A DNA stretch of 64,000 nt from an uncultured Verrucomicrobiae bacterium (GTDB lineage: Bacteria > Verrucomicrobiota > Verrucomicrobiia > Chthoniobacterales > UBA10450). Shown here in pieces: positions 8,967 through 18,479 of this stretch. Under the pieces are notes generated by a model, which did not search any database, was not told where the DNA came from, and was given only the letters and a program-made list of their open reading frames with translations. The stretch lies in the NCBI GenBank assembly GCA_963801815.1, contig CAWDGJ010000002.1, forward strand, positions 352,001 to 416,000, in the 5' to 3' direction. The stretch's first letter is position 1, and every line of letters begins with the position of its first letter. The position numbers and the translations under genes were made by a program.

Positions 8967-9974
8967 CTACGGAGCGTAAAAGCTCGGCAGAAAATAAGCG
9001 CGTCCGGTCTCGAGCTTCGGCACGAGTTGTTTCGGTAACTCGAGCTCGATCTTCGAATCTCCGACCTGGCCGAAAGCACGGAAGAACCGGAAGAGATTAA
9101 AAGGCGGCCCGTATTTCACAACGGTTGCATCGGGCGCGTTACCAAGCTGTTTAGCCTTGGTGTAGGCATCTTCAATTTGACCGAGACCGTCGATCAGTTT
9201 GGCGTTCAAAGCGTCCTTGCCGGAAAGAATTCGGCCGTCGGCAATTGTGTTGCGCAGCATATCGGCCGGCAGACGGCGTTCTTTCGAAACAACGCTGAGA
9301 AATTTGTCGTAAGTCTGCATCACGAAACTCTGGATCAGATCGCGCTCTTCCGGCGTCATCGGACGGGCGCCGTTCAAGATGTCTTTGAATTTGCCGCTCT
9401 TAAAAACAACGGAGGCCAGTCCAATTTTGTTGAAGAGTTGCTCGTAGTTCAAAGTCTGGATGATCACGCCGATGCTCCCGGTGATTGTCGTTTCGTTGGC
9501 CATTAAATATTTCCCGCCACAGGAGACGTAATACCCTCCGGAAGCCGCCAGCGAATCCATGTATATGACCACCGGTTTTCTCGCGCGCGTTTTTGCGACG
9601 GCATTGTAAATTTGGTCAGCGGCTGTGACCTCGCCGCCCGGCGAATCGATTTCCAGGACAATCGCTTTCACACGGTTGTCCTCTCGCGCTTGCTCTAAGG
9701 CCAGGCACATGTCGTCGACCATCGTTTCGCTCACGTTTCCGGGAATCGAACCGCTGATCAGGCCACGCATCGTAATCAACGCGATTCGGTCAGGCACCAG
9801 GCGTCCGCCGCGCTGGACCACGATCTCGCGAAACTTCGGCATCGGCTCTTCCAGTCGTACGCCAGTAGCGAAACCGCGGAACGCCACCATCGCCAGGATG
9901 AAGTTGACGAACACGCTGATGCAGAGCGCCACGAACAAAAAAATACTGAGACAGCCAAGTTTGCGATCAGCCAT
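8967..9974 (-). CDS. sppA: Signal peptide peptidase SppA (short form)
   Basis: IDSPGG, AASGGYY, TGSIGV, SGKFKD. Confidence 0.93.
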   Translation of the reverse strand: MADRKLGCLSIFLFVALCISVFVNFILAMVAFRGFATGVRLEEPMPKFREIVVQRGGRLVPDRIALITMRGLISGSIPGNVSETMVDDMCLALEQAREDNRVKAIVLEIDSPGGEVTAADQIYNAVAKTRARKPVVIYMDSLAASGGYYVSCGGKYLMANETTITGSIGVIIQTLNYEQLFNKIGLASVVFKSGKFKDILNGARPMTPEERDLIQSFVMQTYDKFLSVVSKERRLPADMLRNTIADGRILSGKDALNAKLIDGLGQIEDAYTKAKQLGNAPDATVVKYGPPFNLFRFFRAFGQVGDSKIELELPKQLVPKLETGRAYFLPSFYAP

Positions 9975-10167
9975 AGGAGTGCGGGCTTGAAACTGGCGGA
10001 GAACCAGTGTGGGCACAAGCGGTTTTCAACAGGCGTAAAAGGGGGTCGCAAACGCGTTACCAGAATGTTACAGGCCGGGTTTTGCCAGAGGTAGATGGGC
10101 GCTCTACGGTTTGCTGGCAAGGAAGCTGCTCGGGGATATGGAGAATATAGGAAATTCTCAGAATTAT

Positions 10168-10404
10168 ATGAATAGCAGTGGACATCTCCCAGTCAGCGAA
10201 ACAGCGGCCAGACGTGTTAAGAAAGTCAAAGGGCATAAACGCTCCAAGGGTCGCGGGCGCAATGGGAAGACCGGCGCGCAAGCTCGTCATGAATACGACA
10301 CGAACATGGCCGCGGCCGGAACACTCACCCGGACCAAGGCGCTGCTACTGGCCGCGCTTCGAGTTTGGGAGCTTAAACACCGCGTCCAGGATCGGGAACC
10401 CTAA
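10168..10404 (+). CDS. Small basic hypothetical protein
   Basis: Fills the gap between divergent sppA and a convergent gene; no recognised motif; start uncertain. Confidence 0.35.
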   Translation: MNSSGHLPVSETAARRVKKVKGHKRSKGRGRNGKTGAQARHEYDTNMAAAGTLTRTKALLLAALRVWELKHRVQDREP

Positions 10405-10429
10405 CGCGAAGGCAGAGCGTTCCAACGCT

Positions 10430-10918
10430 TCAACTTTTCGGTTCCACTTTGACGTAAATTTCAGGCGGGGCGGTCGGAAAGTATTTTAAAAGCGCCGGAC
10501 AAAGCCAGCCCTCCATTTTGAACTCGTTGCTGTAATACCAGTTCCCGCCGGATTCTTCACGTCGCCACTCGAGTTTGAAATCTGACCCGGGAAACTGTCG
10601 CGCGCTGAAGACCGCGCGAAATCCTTTCTCGGCGTCTGGAATTTTCGCCACCGCTTTGTCAATCATTGTATCGATGCCGGCAATGAACGGCTCGCGAAAT
10701 AAACCGGCGGCCGGATCATCAAACACCCACGCCCCTTGATATTTGTACGGCGCGATAACCATCAGCGCATTCATGTCACGAACCGTTCGCGTTTGTTGCG
10801 CCGGATGCAACTTCGCGAAGGCGACGAGCGCGCCAACGGCCACAAGCACAATTCCAAGGGAAATCCAAATCGAGAACTTCTCCATTTGTATCATTAGACA
10901 TCTCCGTCCGGCTTTCAT
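10430..10918 (-). CDS. Conserved hypothetical protein (DUF6717-like)
   Basis: Signal/TM segment, then IAPYKYQGAWVFDD...EPFIAGID...GWLCPALLKYF; family named from memory, start uncertain. Confidence 0.65.
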   Translation of the reverse strand: MKAGRRCLMIQMEKFSIWISLGIVLVAVGALVAFAKLHPAQQTRTVRDMNALMVIAPYKYQGAWVFDDPAAGLFREPFIAGIDTMIDKAVAKIPDAEKGFRAVFSARQFPGSDFKLEWRREESGGNWYYSNEFKMEGWLCPALLKYFPTAPPEIYVKVEPKS

Positions 10919-10953
10919 TCAGGACGAAAATCAGTAATATTCGCGGCAATTTT

Positions 10954-10993
10954 GCGCCCGTAGCTCAGCCGGATAGAGCAACGGATTTCTAAT
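10954..10993 (+). repeat. att site: 40-bp copy of the 5' half of tRNA-Arg(TCT)
   Basis: Identical to 14176-14215; identity ends just after the anticodon loop. Confidence 0.92.
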
Positions 10994-11279
10994 TGCCTAA
11001 CGAGTGTTTGCGCACATTTTCAATGCGTTGCATTGCGTGCGAATCATAGGAGAGCCTAACGAATTGGGTTTGCAGCGCGTTGCGCAGAATTGTGTGATTT
11101 TGCGGAAAAAAAATTCCAGACCGTAGGAGACGACCGCGAATCACTTTGCGCGGCTTGACCACTGAAATTGCTTTACCAAGAGCCGTTTTTTCGCCATCTC
11201 TTGTGACTTGTTAGTGTTTCAGCCGGTGGGCCTGCCAATTGGCAGGCCCGCTGTGCTCTGCCGCCCCGCAATAAGCAAT

Positions 11280-12251
11280 CTAAAACTTGGCCGCAAGCAC
11301 CCAGTCGCGCCACGGCACCTGATAGACCAGTATAGCCCCGAAACAAATCACATAACCGGCGGCGATTCTGGGAAATTTCTCCTTCGCCAAAGTGAAACCC
11401 ATCACCCCCAGGATCCAGCCAAAACCGAAAACCGGAGCCGGAATATAAGTCGTGAAGATGAAGAACAGGAGAAGGATATGTGCGAGCACGTCCGTCACTG
11501 GCCGCCGGATGAGCAACAGCGAACCGATGAATAATTGAAGTGACAGATCCCACCACGTGAGAACCAACGCCGCGACGCGTGCCCGCTCCGAGCCCGGGAT
11601 TTGCAGCTCGTTTCCCTCGACTTGGGCAAACGGACTTCGAAGTAATGCGATTCGCTTTTGCACTGCGTCCGGCACTGAAGGGTCGATCCCGATTAGTTTA
11701 CCGAACGCGGTGAATCGCGAATCGACGTAGAGAAAATGCTCAAACATCTCGCCCGACCGATAACTGGACGAAGAGAGTTTCTGTGCACTCGCAGCAAGGA
11801 AGATAAAACAGAGAAAGAACCGGGCGTTAAACACGAGCGTTCGTCGCTGCTGCTTTGGATCAGCAAAAAGATGGGCGATAAACAGAACCCAGAGCCAATA
11901 AACCAGCAGGTACTTATGATTATCGGCCCCTTCCCAGTCGAGAACGATGACGACAGTTCCGGCAAGCGACAGCGCCAGCCAGAACTCCGCGGTGCGGATG
12001 GAGCGAGGATGCAGCACAAAAACGAGGAAACAGATTCGCGTTACTGTCTGGAAGACCCAGTGTTCGAAACCAAAGATCACCGCCAGCACCAACGTGAGTA
12101 GGCTTGCGACCTCAAGCAGATCGAGACCGTGCATGAATTCAACGAGTGCTTGGAACTGTGAAGCGCCGGGAAAACGTGCGGCGCTATTGGCAGATGAAGC
12201 ACAATGCCCTGTCGCGGCAACGGGCACTTCGTTCTCCGGTGGGCCGGTCAT
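11280..12251 (-). CDS. HTTM-like polytopic membrane protein
   Basis: Multiple TM helices; DNHKYL and ASAQKL..SYRSG motifs reminiscent of HTTM/vitamin K-dependent carboxylase N-domain; start may be downstream. Confidence 0.6.
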   Translation of the reverse strand: MTGPPENEVPVAATGHCASSANSAARFPGASQFQALVEFMHGLDLLEVASLLTLVLAVIFGFEHWVFQTVTRICFLVFVLHPRSIRTAEFWLALSLAGTVVIVLDWEGADNHKYLLVYWLWVLFIAHLFADPKQQRRTLVFNARFFLCFIFLAASAQKLSSSSYRSGEMFEHFLYVDSRFTAFGKLIGIDPSVPDAVQKRIALLRSPFAQVEGNELQIPGSERARVAALVLTWWDLSLQLFIGSLLLIRRPVTDVLAHILLLFFIFTTYIPAPVFGFGWILGVMGFTLAKEKFPRIAAGYVICFGAILVYQVPWRDWVLAAKF

Positions 12252-12850
12252 GACTTTGTTTTGTCCGGCGCCGGCTGGATCTCTTCCGGCTTGAAGACAA
12301 ATGTTTCAACCAAAGCAGCGTGGGCACGCTTCGTCACCGGATCGTAGGCGATCCTCCAGAATTGAATCTGCATGCCCCAGTCCTGTTCTTGCTCGCCGGA
12401 CTTTCGTCCGTACGGCACCATGAGATAAAATGACTCCGCCGCAGTCCCGACAGCGTCGCCTTTCGCGTCGAACAGCGCCACCGGCAGTCGCTGGTGGGTC
12501 GCAGTCCAGTTCTCTTGTGCGAGCTCTCTCGCGGCTCGAAGGAAATTTTTGCGAACCGGATAATCGAGAGCGCGGTCCAGCAAATCCGCCTGTTCAGGGG
12601 AGAACTGGGTCAGCGGGTTGCGTCTGCCATCAGGTGCAACCACGAATACTTTCGCATAGCGGTTTTGCAGCCCATCGGCGCCGGCAAACATCCCCATGCC
12701 GCCGCCCTTCCAGGTCGAGAGATCGTGCGTGCTGCTGAGATAGATGTGCCGCCCGAGAATGATCAGTGACACGACCGGGACGCACAGCATGAGCGCCCAT
12801 TGCCAAAATGGTGACGCCTGAGATAAACGCGGAATTTCAGATAGCCGCAT
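12248..12850 (-). CDS. Membrane-anchored hypothetical protein, partner of HTTM-like gene
   Basis: One N-terminal TM, LSTWKGGGMGMFA motif, ATGA overlap with the next gene. Confidence 0.7.
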   Translation of the reverse strand: MRLSEIPRLSQASPFWQWALMLCVPVVSLIILGRHIYLSSTHDLSTWKGGGMGMFAGADGLQNRYAKVFVVAPDGRRNPLTQFSPEQADLLDRALDYPVRKNFLRAARELAQENWTATHQRLPVALFDAKGDAVGTAAESFYLMVPYGRKSGEQEQDWGMQIQFWRIAYDPVTKRAHAALVETFVFKPEEIQPAPDKTKS

Positions 12851-12947
12851 ATTATGCGTTACCGTGTGCGATCTCTCCTGATTGCCAAATTGCGACGAAA
12901 CTTGTCGATCTCTATTTCAGAGGGCGTCGTCGCGCGAATTCCGCGCT

Positions 12948-12979
12948 AAAAAAAGCAGCCGGGCACACGGCCCGGCTGC
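12948..12979 (-). terminator. Rho-independent terminator of the outer-membrane protein gene
   Basis: 10-bp perfect stem GCAGCCGGGC/GCCCGGCTGC, 5-nt loop, T7 tract on the minus strand. Confidence 0.85.
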
Positions 12980-13004
12980 CCACAATGACTTTCTTGAGCG
13001 ACGT

Positions 13005-13763
13005 CTAGAACTTGTAGTTGAGACCGGCACGCACATTCCAGTCTTCGTTTTGGAAGCTGAAGCGAAAAGTCTCGTTACTCCCTTCGCCGAAGTTGGTGGT
13101 GAAGCTGCCGGTGCTCTCAGGATATTCGTAATAGAGACCCTCCATACGCGCGCTCCAGTGGCAATTAAACATATATTCGGCACCCACGCCGACCACAAAG
13201 CCAGCCTGCCAATCATCTCCTGTCGCAGTGAAGGGATGTCCCACGCTCGGACCTTCCTCAGCTGTCCATTTATCGTTTGAGTGCGAGAAAGCCACACCAC
13301 CAGTTGCGTAGATGAGCGCTTTATCGACAGCGACGCCGGCACGTGCGCGCAAGCTCCCCTGAAAATCGACGTCGGCTTTATACTGCAGATGGGCAGCGTC
13401 TCCTGAGAATCGGTCAAGCGTGTGAGTATTCTCGGTGTTGAGATAGTCCGAGTCAGCCTCAAATCCGAAAACGAACGATCCCATTTGCCAATTGTATCCC
13501 ATTTGGCCGCCGACAGCGACGTTGGTGTCCTCGATCGTGTTGGTGAAGGGATCAAACCAATCATCCAAGTCGGTGATGTTGGTGTGGAGACCGGCCACTC
13601 CGACGTTAAGACCGATGTAAAAGCCGCTCCAATCACACGGAGGCGGAGCTGGCATGACATTTTTGTCAACCGGAGCCGGACCTCCAAAGCTCGACGCCCC
13701 GATAAGAATTGCAGCGACAGCAGCAAACGATGGCAACAAATATTTGGTTAAGGATTTGTTCAT
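13005..13763 (-). CDS. Outer-membrane beta-barrel protein (Omp25/RopB-like)
   Basis: Signal peptide, CDWSGFYIGLNVG, GGQMGYNWQ, C-terminal RAGLNYKF. Confidence 0.88.
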   Translation of the reverse strand: MNKSLTKYLLPSFAAVAAILIGASSFGGPAPVDKNVMPAPPPCDWSGFYIGLNVGVAGLHTNITDLDDWFDPFTNTIEDTNVAVGGQMGYNWQMGSFVFGFEADSDYLNTENTHTLDRFSGDAAHLQYKADVDFQGSLRARAGVAVDKALIYATGGVAFSHSNDKWTAEEGPSVGHPFTATGDDWQAGFVVGVGAEYMFNCHWSARMEGLYYEYPESTGSFTTNFGEGSNETFRFSFQNEDWNVRAGLNYKF

Positions 13764-13773
13764 AACGCGGGGG

Positions 13774-13802
13774 AGATTGCAGGTTCGGGGCGGGAGCGTC
13801 AA
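13774..13802 (-). promoter_or_regulatory. Putative sigma70 promoter of the OMP gene
   Basis: TTGACG-17 nt-CAATCT, ending 10 nt before the ATG. Confidence 0.4.
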
Positions 13803-14107
13803 GCGAAAATTTTGCGGGTCCAGCCGCCCCCGGCCCCGCCCGGCATGTGCCGCCAGACAGAACTGGCGGCATTTTCGGAGTACTCTGGGATCAAAGCCTC
13901 CACCCTGATTTTAGGGGCTACCGTCCGGGTGCACCCACCCCTAATCCCCGAAACAACAATCCGTCCGAAGCGACGTTCACGCCGTCGTCGGGAAAACAAT
14001 CACGTCAGCCTGCTTCGTCATTGCTAGCCTGAAGCTTACACGCCGCGCCTGAGCAATGCGCATCACGACTCGCGGCATTTGTTCGCGACGCGCTGCATCC
14101 AACACCA

Positions 14108-14176
14108 CTTCCAAACTTCTTTGCCGCCTGCAAAGGCTCTGGCATAATAGCGGCCGGACTTATGCCGTAGGAGATG
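14108..14176 (-). pseudogene. Remnant resembling a tyrosine-integrase N-terminus (HLLRHKSGRYYARAFAGGKEVWK)
   Basis: Resembles the YYAR..GGK..WKSL start of verrucomicrobial integrases (recalled, not searched); abuts the att/tRNA. Confidence 0.5.
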
Positions 14177-14249
14177 CGCCCGTAGCTCAGCCGGATAGAG
14201 CAACGGATTTCTAATCCGTAGGCCGGGTGTTCGAGTCACCCCGGGCGCG
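14176..14249 (+). tRNA. tRNA-Arg(TCT)
   Basis: Acceptor GCGCCCG/CGGGCGC, D-arm GCTC/GAGC, anticodon stem ACGGA/TCCGT with loop TTTCTAA, T-arm GGGTG-TTCGAGT-CACCC; CCA not encoded. Confidence 0.97.
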
Positions 14250-14416
14250 CTTTGAAATCGATCTGGAATCACTGCACGCGATGTCCGACCAAATTCGAAC
14301 CAACAACAGTGAACGTTCTTGCTCGCTTCCTCTTAGCCGATCTCTGCTGCTGTCGTCGAAGCCGCAAACGCGCACGGTGTCCCCAGCAAAGCGAACCAGA
14401 GCGCGCGTAAACCGTG

Positions 14417-14878
14417 TTACCAGCGATGAAACGCCGGATGACCTTCTTTAACCGCCACAAAAACGCCGCGGCAAGTCGCGCAAACTTTTCCGCCACCGCT
14501 TAGTGTTCCTTCAATTGTCGCGCGATCACCGCTTAGATCGACAACGTGCGCGGCGAGCGAAATTGAATCGTTGGTCGGCGTTGGCCGCAGCAACTTGATC
14601 GAATATTCCGCCGTCACTGTGCACGGCGGATGATCCGCGCCGGCGTTTTTCATCAAGTGATAGGCCGCTGTCCAGTTGCAGTGGCAATCGAGGAGGGTGC
14701 CGATGATTCCGCCGTTTAACACTCCCGGGAACGCTTCGTACTTCGGTTGCGGCTGCCACTCCGCGACGACTTCGCCGTTCTTGGGAAAACTTCGAATGCG
14801 TAGTCCTTCGGAGTTGGCCGGTCCGCAGCCCCAGCATGAGTTCTCCGGAGCGTATCTTTCCTGGAGCGATTTTTCCAT
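14417..14878 (-). CDS. PaaI family hotdog thioesterase
   Basis: CWGCGPAN, FPGVLNGGIIGTLLD. Confidence 0.85.
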   Translation of the reverse strand: MEKSLQERYAPENSCWGCGPANSEGLRIRSFPKNGEVVAEWQPQPKYEAFPGVLNGGIIGTLLDCHCNWTAAYHLMKNAGADHPPCTVTAEYSIKLLRPTPTNDSISLAAHVVDLSGDRATIEGTLSGGGKVCATCRGVFVAVKEGHPAFHRW

Positions 14879-14937
14879 TGTAGCGGCGCTTTATGAGCGT
14901 CGGGCGAAAAATACGGCAGTCGTAGACCGCCGCTACA
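14879..14937. repeat. GTAG-type REP doublet (TGTAGCGGCG...CGCCGCTACA)
   Basis: Inverted arms; a related half-copy at about 48384-48408. Confidence 0.75.
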
Positions 14938-14940
14938 GAT

Positions 14941-16089
14941 TTATGAAGAGCTCGGCGGACCGGGATATTTCCGCGGCTTTGGTCCGACGTAAAGCGAGCG
15001 CGGCCGGATCAATCGGTTGTGGTCGTGTTGCTCGGTGACGTGCGCGCACCAACCGGCCACGCGTGAAGCGGCAAACATCGGCGTGTTCAGCTCGGGCTCG
15101 AACCCGAGCATCCAATAAACCGGCGCGGCGTACAGATCGACATTGGCGCAGAGTCCTTTCTCGCGATCCATCACTTGCTCAAGCTTCTCGCAAATCGGCA
15201 CCCAGTTTTCCTTGCCGGTGCGCTTTCCGAGATCGCGGGCAATCTCGCGCATGGCGGGTACTCGCGAATCACCTTTTTTATAAACGCGATGGCCGAAGCC
15301 CATGATCTTGGCTTTGGCCGCGAGTTGTTTTTTCAACCATTCTTCCGCGCGGTCCGGCGTTCCGATCTCTTCTAGCATCTTCATCGATTCCTCGTTTGCG
15401 CCGCCATGCAATGGGCCTTTGAGCGTCCCGACCGCAGACGTGACGGCAGCGTAAATCCCGGCGAGCGTGGACGCCGTCACGCGGGCCGCGAATGTCGATG
15501 CGTTGAATTCGTGGTCGGCATACAGATTGAAAATCGTGTCCATCATTCGCGTCTTCCACGCTTCAGGCTCTTTGCCGTTCAATTTGTAAAAGATGTTGGC
15601 CGCCTGGCTCAGCTCGGCTCTTTCCGGAACAGGTTCTTGCCCATGGGAAATGCGCCAACCGTCCGCGATCAACGTCGAGACTCGTGCGATTAGCTTGATC
15701 GACTTCCGGATGTCCGCGTCGTGCGAATGATCATGGAGATCCTTGTCGAACGCGCTCAACATCGAGACCCCGGTGCGGAGCATGTCCATCGGGTGCGTGT
15801 TGCGAGGAAGCAGCCGCAGCATCTGCTCAATCTCTTTCGGCAACGCGCGCTCGGATGCGATCTGTTCCCTGAACTCCTTAAGCTGCTTGCCGTTCGGCAG
15901 CTCGCCGTTCAACAAAAGATATGCGACCTCCTCGAACGTCGCTTTGTCGCCCATCTCGTGAATGTCGTAGCCGCGATACATCAGCCCTGCATTCGGATCG
16001 ACCCAGCAGATCGCGGTTTCGCCAGCAATCACGCCGGCCAGCCCCGGGCTATACTGTGGTTTGGCTTCGGTGGTCATTTCTTTGGTCAC
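14941..16089 (-). CDS. prpC: 2-methylcitrate synthase / citrate synthase
   Basis: YADHEFNASTF, GPLHGGANE, GFGHRVY, NVDLY; downstream of prpD-prpB. Confidence 0.85.
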   Translation of the reverse strand: MTKEMTTEAKPQYSPGLAGVIAGETAICWVDPNAGLMYRGYDIHEMGDKATFEEVAYLLLNGELPNGKQLKEFREQIASERALPKEIEQMLRLLPRNTHPMDMLRTGVSMLSAFDKDLHDHSHDADIRKSIKLIARVSTLIADGWRISHGQEPVPERAELSQAANIFYKLNGKEPEAWKTRMMDTIFNLYADHEFNASTFAARVTASTLAGIYAAVTSAVGTLKGPLHGGANEESMKMLEEIGTPDRAEEWLKKQLAAKAKIMGFGHRVYKKGDSRVPAMREIARDLGKRTGKENWVPICEKLEQVMDREKGLCANVDLYAAPVYWMLGFEPELNTPMFAASRVAGWCAHVTEQHDHNRLIRPRSLYVGPKPRKYPGPPSSS

Positions 16090-16119
16090 GTTAACAACGA
16101 TACGCGATTCGACAAATGT

Positions 16120-16986
16120 TCAGTCGCGAAAACCTTTCCACTCTTCCGCCGCCGGGTTGTAATCCAGGAGGTCGTAAAGCTCCTGTCGCGTCTGCATTTG
16201 GTCGAGCCAATCGTTTTGCGTCCCCGCCTTTTTTAGAGCGGCGAAGAATTTCGCAGTCGTTTTCATCGAAATCCGAAAAGCGCTCTGCGGGAAGATGATC
16301 ATTCGATACCCGAAGTCCGCGAGCTGCCCAAAGGTCAGCAACGGGCTCTTGCCGAACTCGGTCATGTTCGCCATCAACGGAAAATCGATTTCTTTGGCAA
16401 AATCCCGGAACTCTTCGGCGCTCTGCAACGCCTCGGGAAAAATCGCGTCCGCGCCTGCGGCCAGATATTCACCGGCACGCGAAACCGCACTGTCGAAACC
16501 TTCCACCGCCCGTGCATCCGTTCGGGCGATGATCAGAAAATCCTTGTCGCCGCGGGCGGCAACCGCCGCTTTGATTCGAGCAACCATCATCCGAGCATCG
16601 ACAATCGTTTTGCCGGCGAGATGTCCACAGCGTTTCGGGAATTCCTGATCCTCGATGTGACAGCCGGCCAGTCCTGCTTTTTCAAGTTCACGAATTGTTC
16701 GGGCTACAGCTTCGCCTTCGCCGAAACCAGTGTCCGCATCTACGATTGCGGGAATCCTGACCGCATGAGCCACATAACTGGCAAGCCGGATCACTTCGTC
16801 TCTCCACAATAGACCGATGTCCGGAACGCCGGCAGTTGAATTCGCCATTCCCGCGCCGCTAACGTAAACGGCGTCAAATCCCGCCTGCTCAACTTGCCGC
16901 GCCATCGACGCATTCGGCACGCCCGGCATCATCACTGCGCCCTGCGCGATCAGATCGCGCAGCCTCTTCGTCTTACTCTTGCTCAT
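16120..16986 (-). CDS. prpB: Methylisocitrate lyase
   Basis: DADTGFG, KRCGHL, IIARTDA, ANMTEFGKSP. Confidence 0.92.
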   Translation of the reverse strand: MSKSKTKRLRDLIAQGAVMMPGVPNASMARQVEQAGFDAVYVSGAGMANSTAGVPDIGLLWRDEVIRLASYVAHAVRIPAIVDADTGFGEGEAVARTIRELEKAGLAGCHIEDQEFPKRCGHLAGKTIVDARMMVARIKAAVAARGDKDFLIIARTDARAVEGFDSAVSRAGEYLAAGADAIFPEALQSAEEFRDFAKEIDFPLMANMTEFGKSPLLTFGQLADFGYRMIIFPQSAFRISMKTTAKFFAALKKAGTQNDWLDQMQTRQELYDLLDYNPAAEEWKGFRD

Positions 16987-18377
16987 TTCATCACGCAGGC
17001 CGCCAACAGCTCGTCGACGGCGTTCGCTTCATCCAGTTTCCAGGCAAGATCGACAATCTTTCTCGCACGGGCCTCACCCAAAGCGGGAACAACCAAAGCG
17101 TTGAATTTTCCTTCCAATTGTTTGTCGCTCACCGGATTCAGCGCATTACCCAGTGGATAATCGACCCGCTTGGTTAGCTCGCGGCCATCTTGCAGCGTCA
17201 CGTGCACAATGTTCGCAACCGCTCGTGCATATAGTGCGCTGAGCTCGGCGTTGCGCTGCACGGTAACATTCTCAAGAAATTTCCAAATCTTCGGATCCGT
17301 AAAACGCTCCGGCTGAAATTGTTTGTCCGTCACTTCGCCGTCGATCAACGCAATGCTCGTGATGTAGGGCAAACTGTGGTCGGCCGTTTCGCGCGTCTCC
17401 GGTTTCCACTTCTCCGGCTCGCTTCCAATGATGTCGACCGAGGCGTCATGGCTTTCGATTCGAACTGATTGAACTTTCGCCGAATCACCGACTTCCTTGC
17501 GCAGAAACAACGCCGCCTCGATCGCGCTTTGGCTGTGATATTCCGCAGGCCAGTACTTGATGCTCGTCTTCAAAATCATCGACGCCGGCCCTTTTCCAGG
17601 CATCGCCTCCTTTTTCTTGTCGAACACCGAGGCCACGTCGCCTAACGAAACGCCCAGTTCCTTTTCGAATCCCATTTGTCCTTCGAAAATCGGCGCCGGC
17701 CCGGTCATTCCAGCGCGCGCGAGCAGCGCGGCATAAACGCCGTGGCGCGCCGCATTCGCGAAGGCGACCCCTTTCCAATGCGAAAGTTCGCCGACGCGGG
17801 CTTGCCGGAACGCCGCGCAATTTACGCCCGCAATGTTAATGGCGTGTCGCGTTCGCTCCGGATCGAGCTTCATCAGCTTCGCAGCGGCCAGCGCAGTCGA
17901 AAATGCGCCGTAAGTCGGATGATCCCATCCTCGCGCGCGAATGCTGGCAGCATCGCAAAAGCGGCATTGCACTTCGTAAGCAATCGCTGCAGCAGTGATC
18001 GCTTCCTTGCCGCTTGCGCCGACGCTTTCGGCAACGGCAAAAACCGCCGAGAGATTATCACTCGGATGCGCCGGCTCCTTGGAAAGGTAAGTGTCGTTGT
18101 AATCAAAATAGCGAATGCAACAGCCGTTCGCGAATGCACCCCAATCCGGCGGCGCTTTGTGGCTCGTCCCGATGATTGTCGAACCAGCTTTTGCCGAAAA
18201 ATCCGAAGCGACTTTGCGCGCGATTGCGCACGGTTCTTCGTTCCAGGCACCGATCGCGCAGCCCAGCGAATCGATCACGCGCCGCTTCACTTCGTGAACG
18301 ACGTCCTTGGAAAGGTCCTCGAAATTGAGTGAGCATGCGTATTCCGCGAGCTGGTGGGCGAGTGTTTTTGTAGCCAT
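16983..18377 (-). CDS. prpD: 2-methylcitrate dehydratase (MmgE/PrpD)
   Basis: [32 protein letters not shown]. Confidence 0.9.
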   Translation of the reverse strand: MATKTLAHQLAEYACSLNFEDLSKDVVHEVKRRVIDSLGCAIGAWNEEPCAIARKVASDFSAKAGSTIIGTSHKAPPDWGAFANGCCIRYFDYNDTYLSKEPAHPSDNLSAVFAVAESVGASGKEAITAAAIAYEVQCRFCDAASIRARGWDHPTYGAFSTALAAAKLMKLDPERTRHAINIAGVNCAAFRQARVGELSHWKGVAFANAARHGVYAALLARAGMTGPAPIFEGQMGFEKELGVSLGDVASVFDKKKEAMPGKGPASMILKTSIKYWPAEYHSQSAIEAALFLRKEVGDSAKVQSVRIESHDASVDIIGSEPEKWKPETRETADHSLPYITSIALIDGEVTDKQFQPERFTDPKIWKFLENVTVQRNAELSALYARAVANIVHVTLQDGRELTKRVDYPLGNALNPVSDKQLEGKFNALVVPALGEARARKIVDLAWKLDEANAVDELLAACVMK

Positions 18378-18479
18378 GAAATTGAACGTCCAATCTGCCG
18401 ACGAAAATCAGGTCGGCAAGCGATTGTCGGCGTTCTCGCGGTTGCCCTTGAGTCGAAAACCGCGCACAATCTTTTTCAG

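Larger units (their letters stand above)
10954..14215. mobile_element. Degenerate tRNA-Arg-integrated genomic island (3222 bp between repeat starts)
   Basis: 40-bp direct repeats derived from tRNA, three cargo genes, integrase-like remnant at the right end. Confidence 0.75.

Noticed and set aside
14063..14272. 69-aa ORF as a real gene
   Set aside because: Largely the antisense of tRNA-Arg; only 14108-14176 is kept as an integrase-like remnant
14879..14940. Bridge mini-ORF between prpC and the thioesterase
   Set aside because: No start codon and an in-frame TAG; a counter-example showing that bridging is not universal (46328-46365 also lacks a clean bridge)
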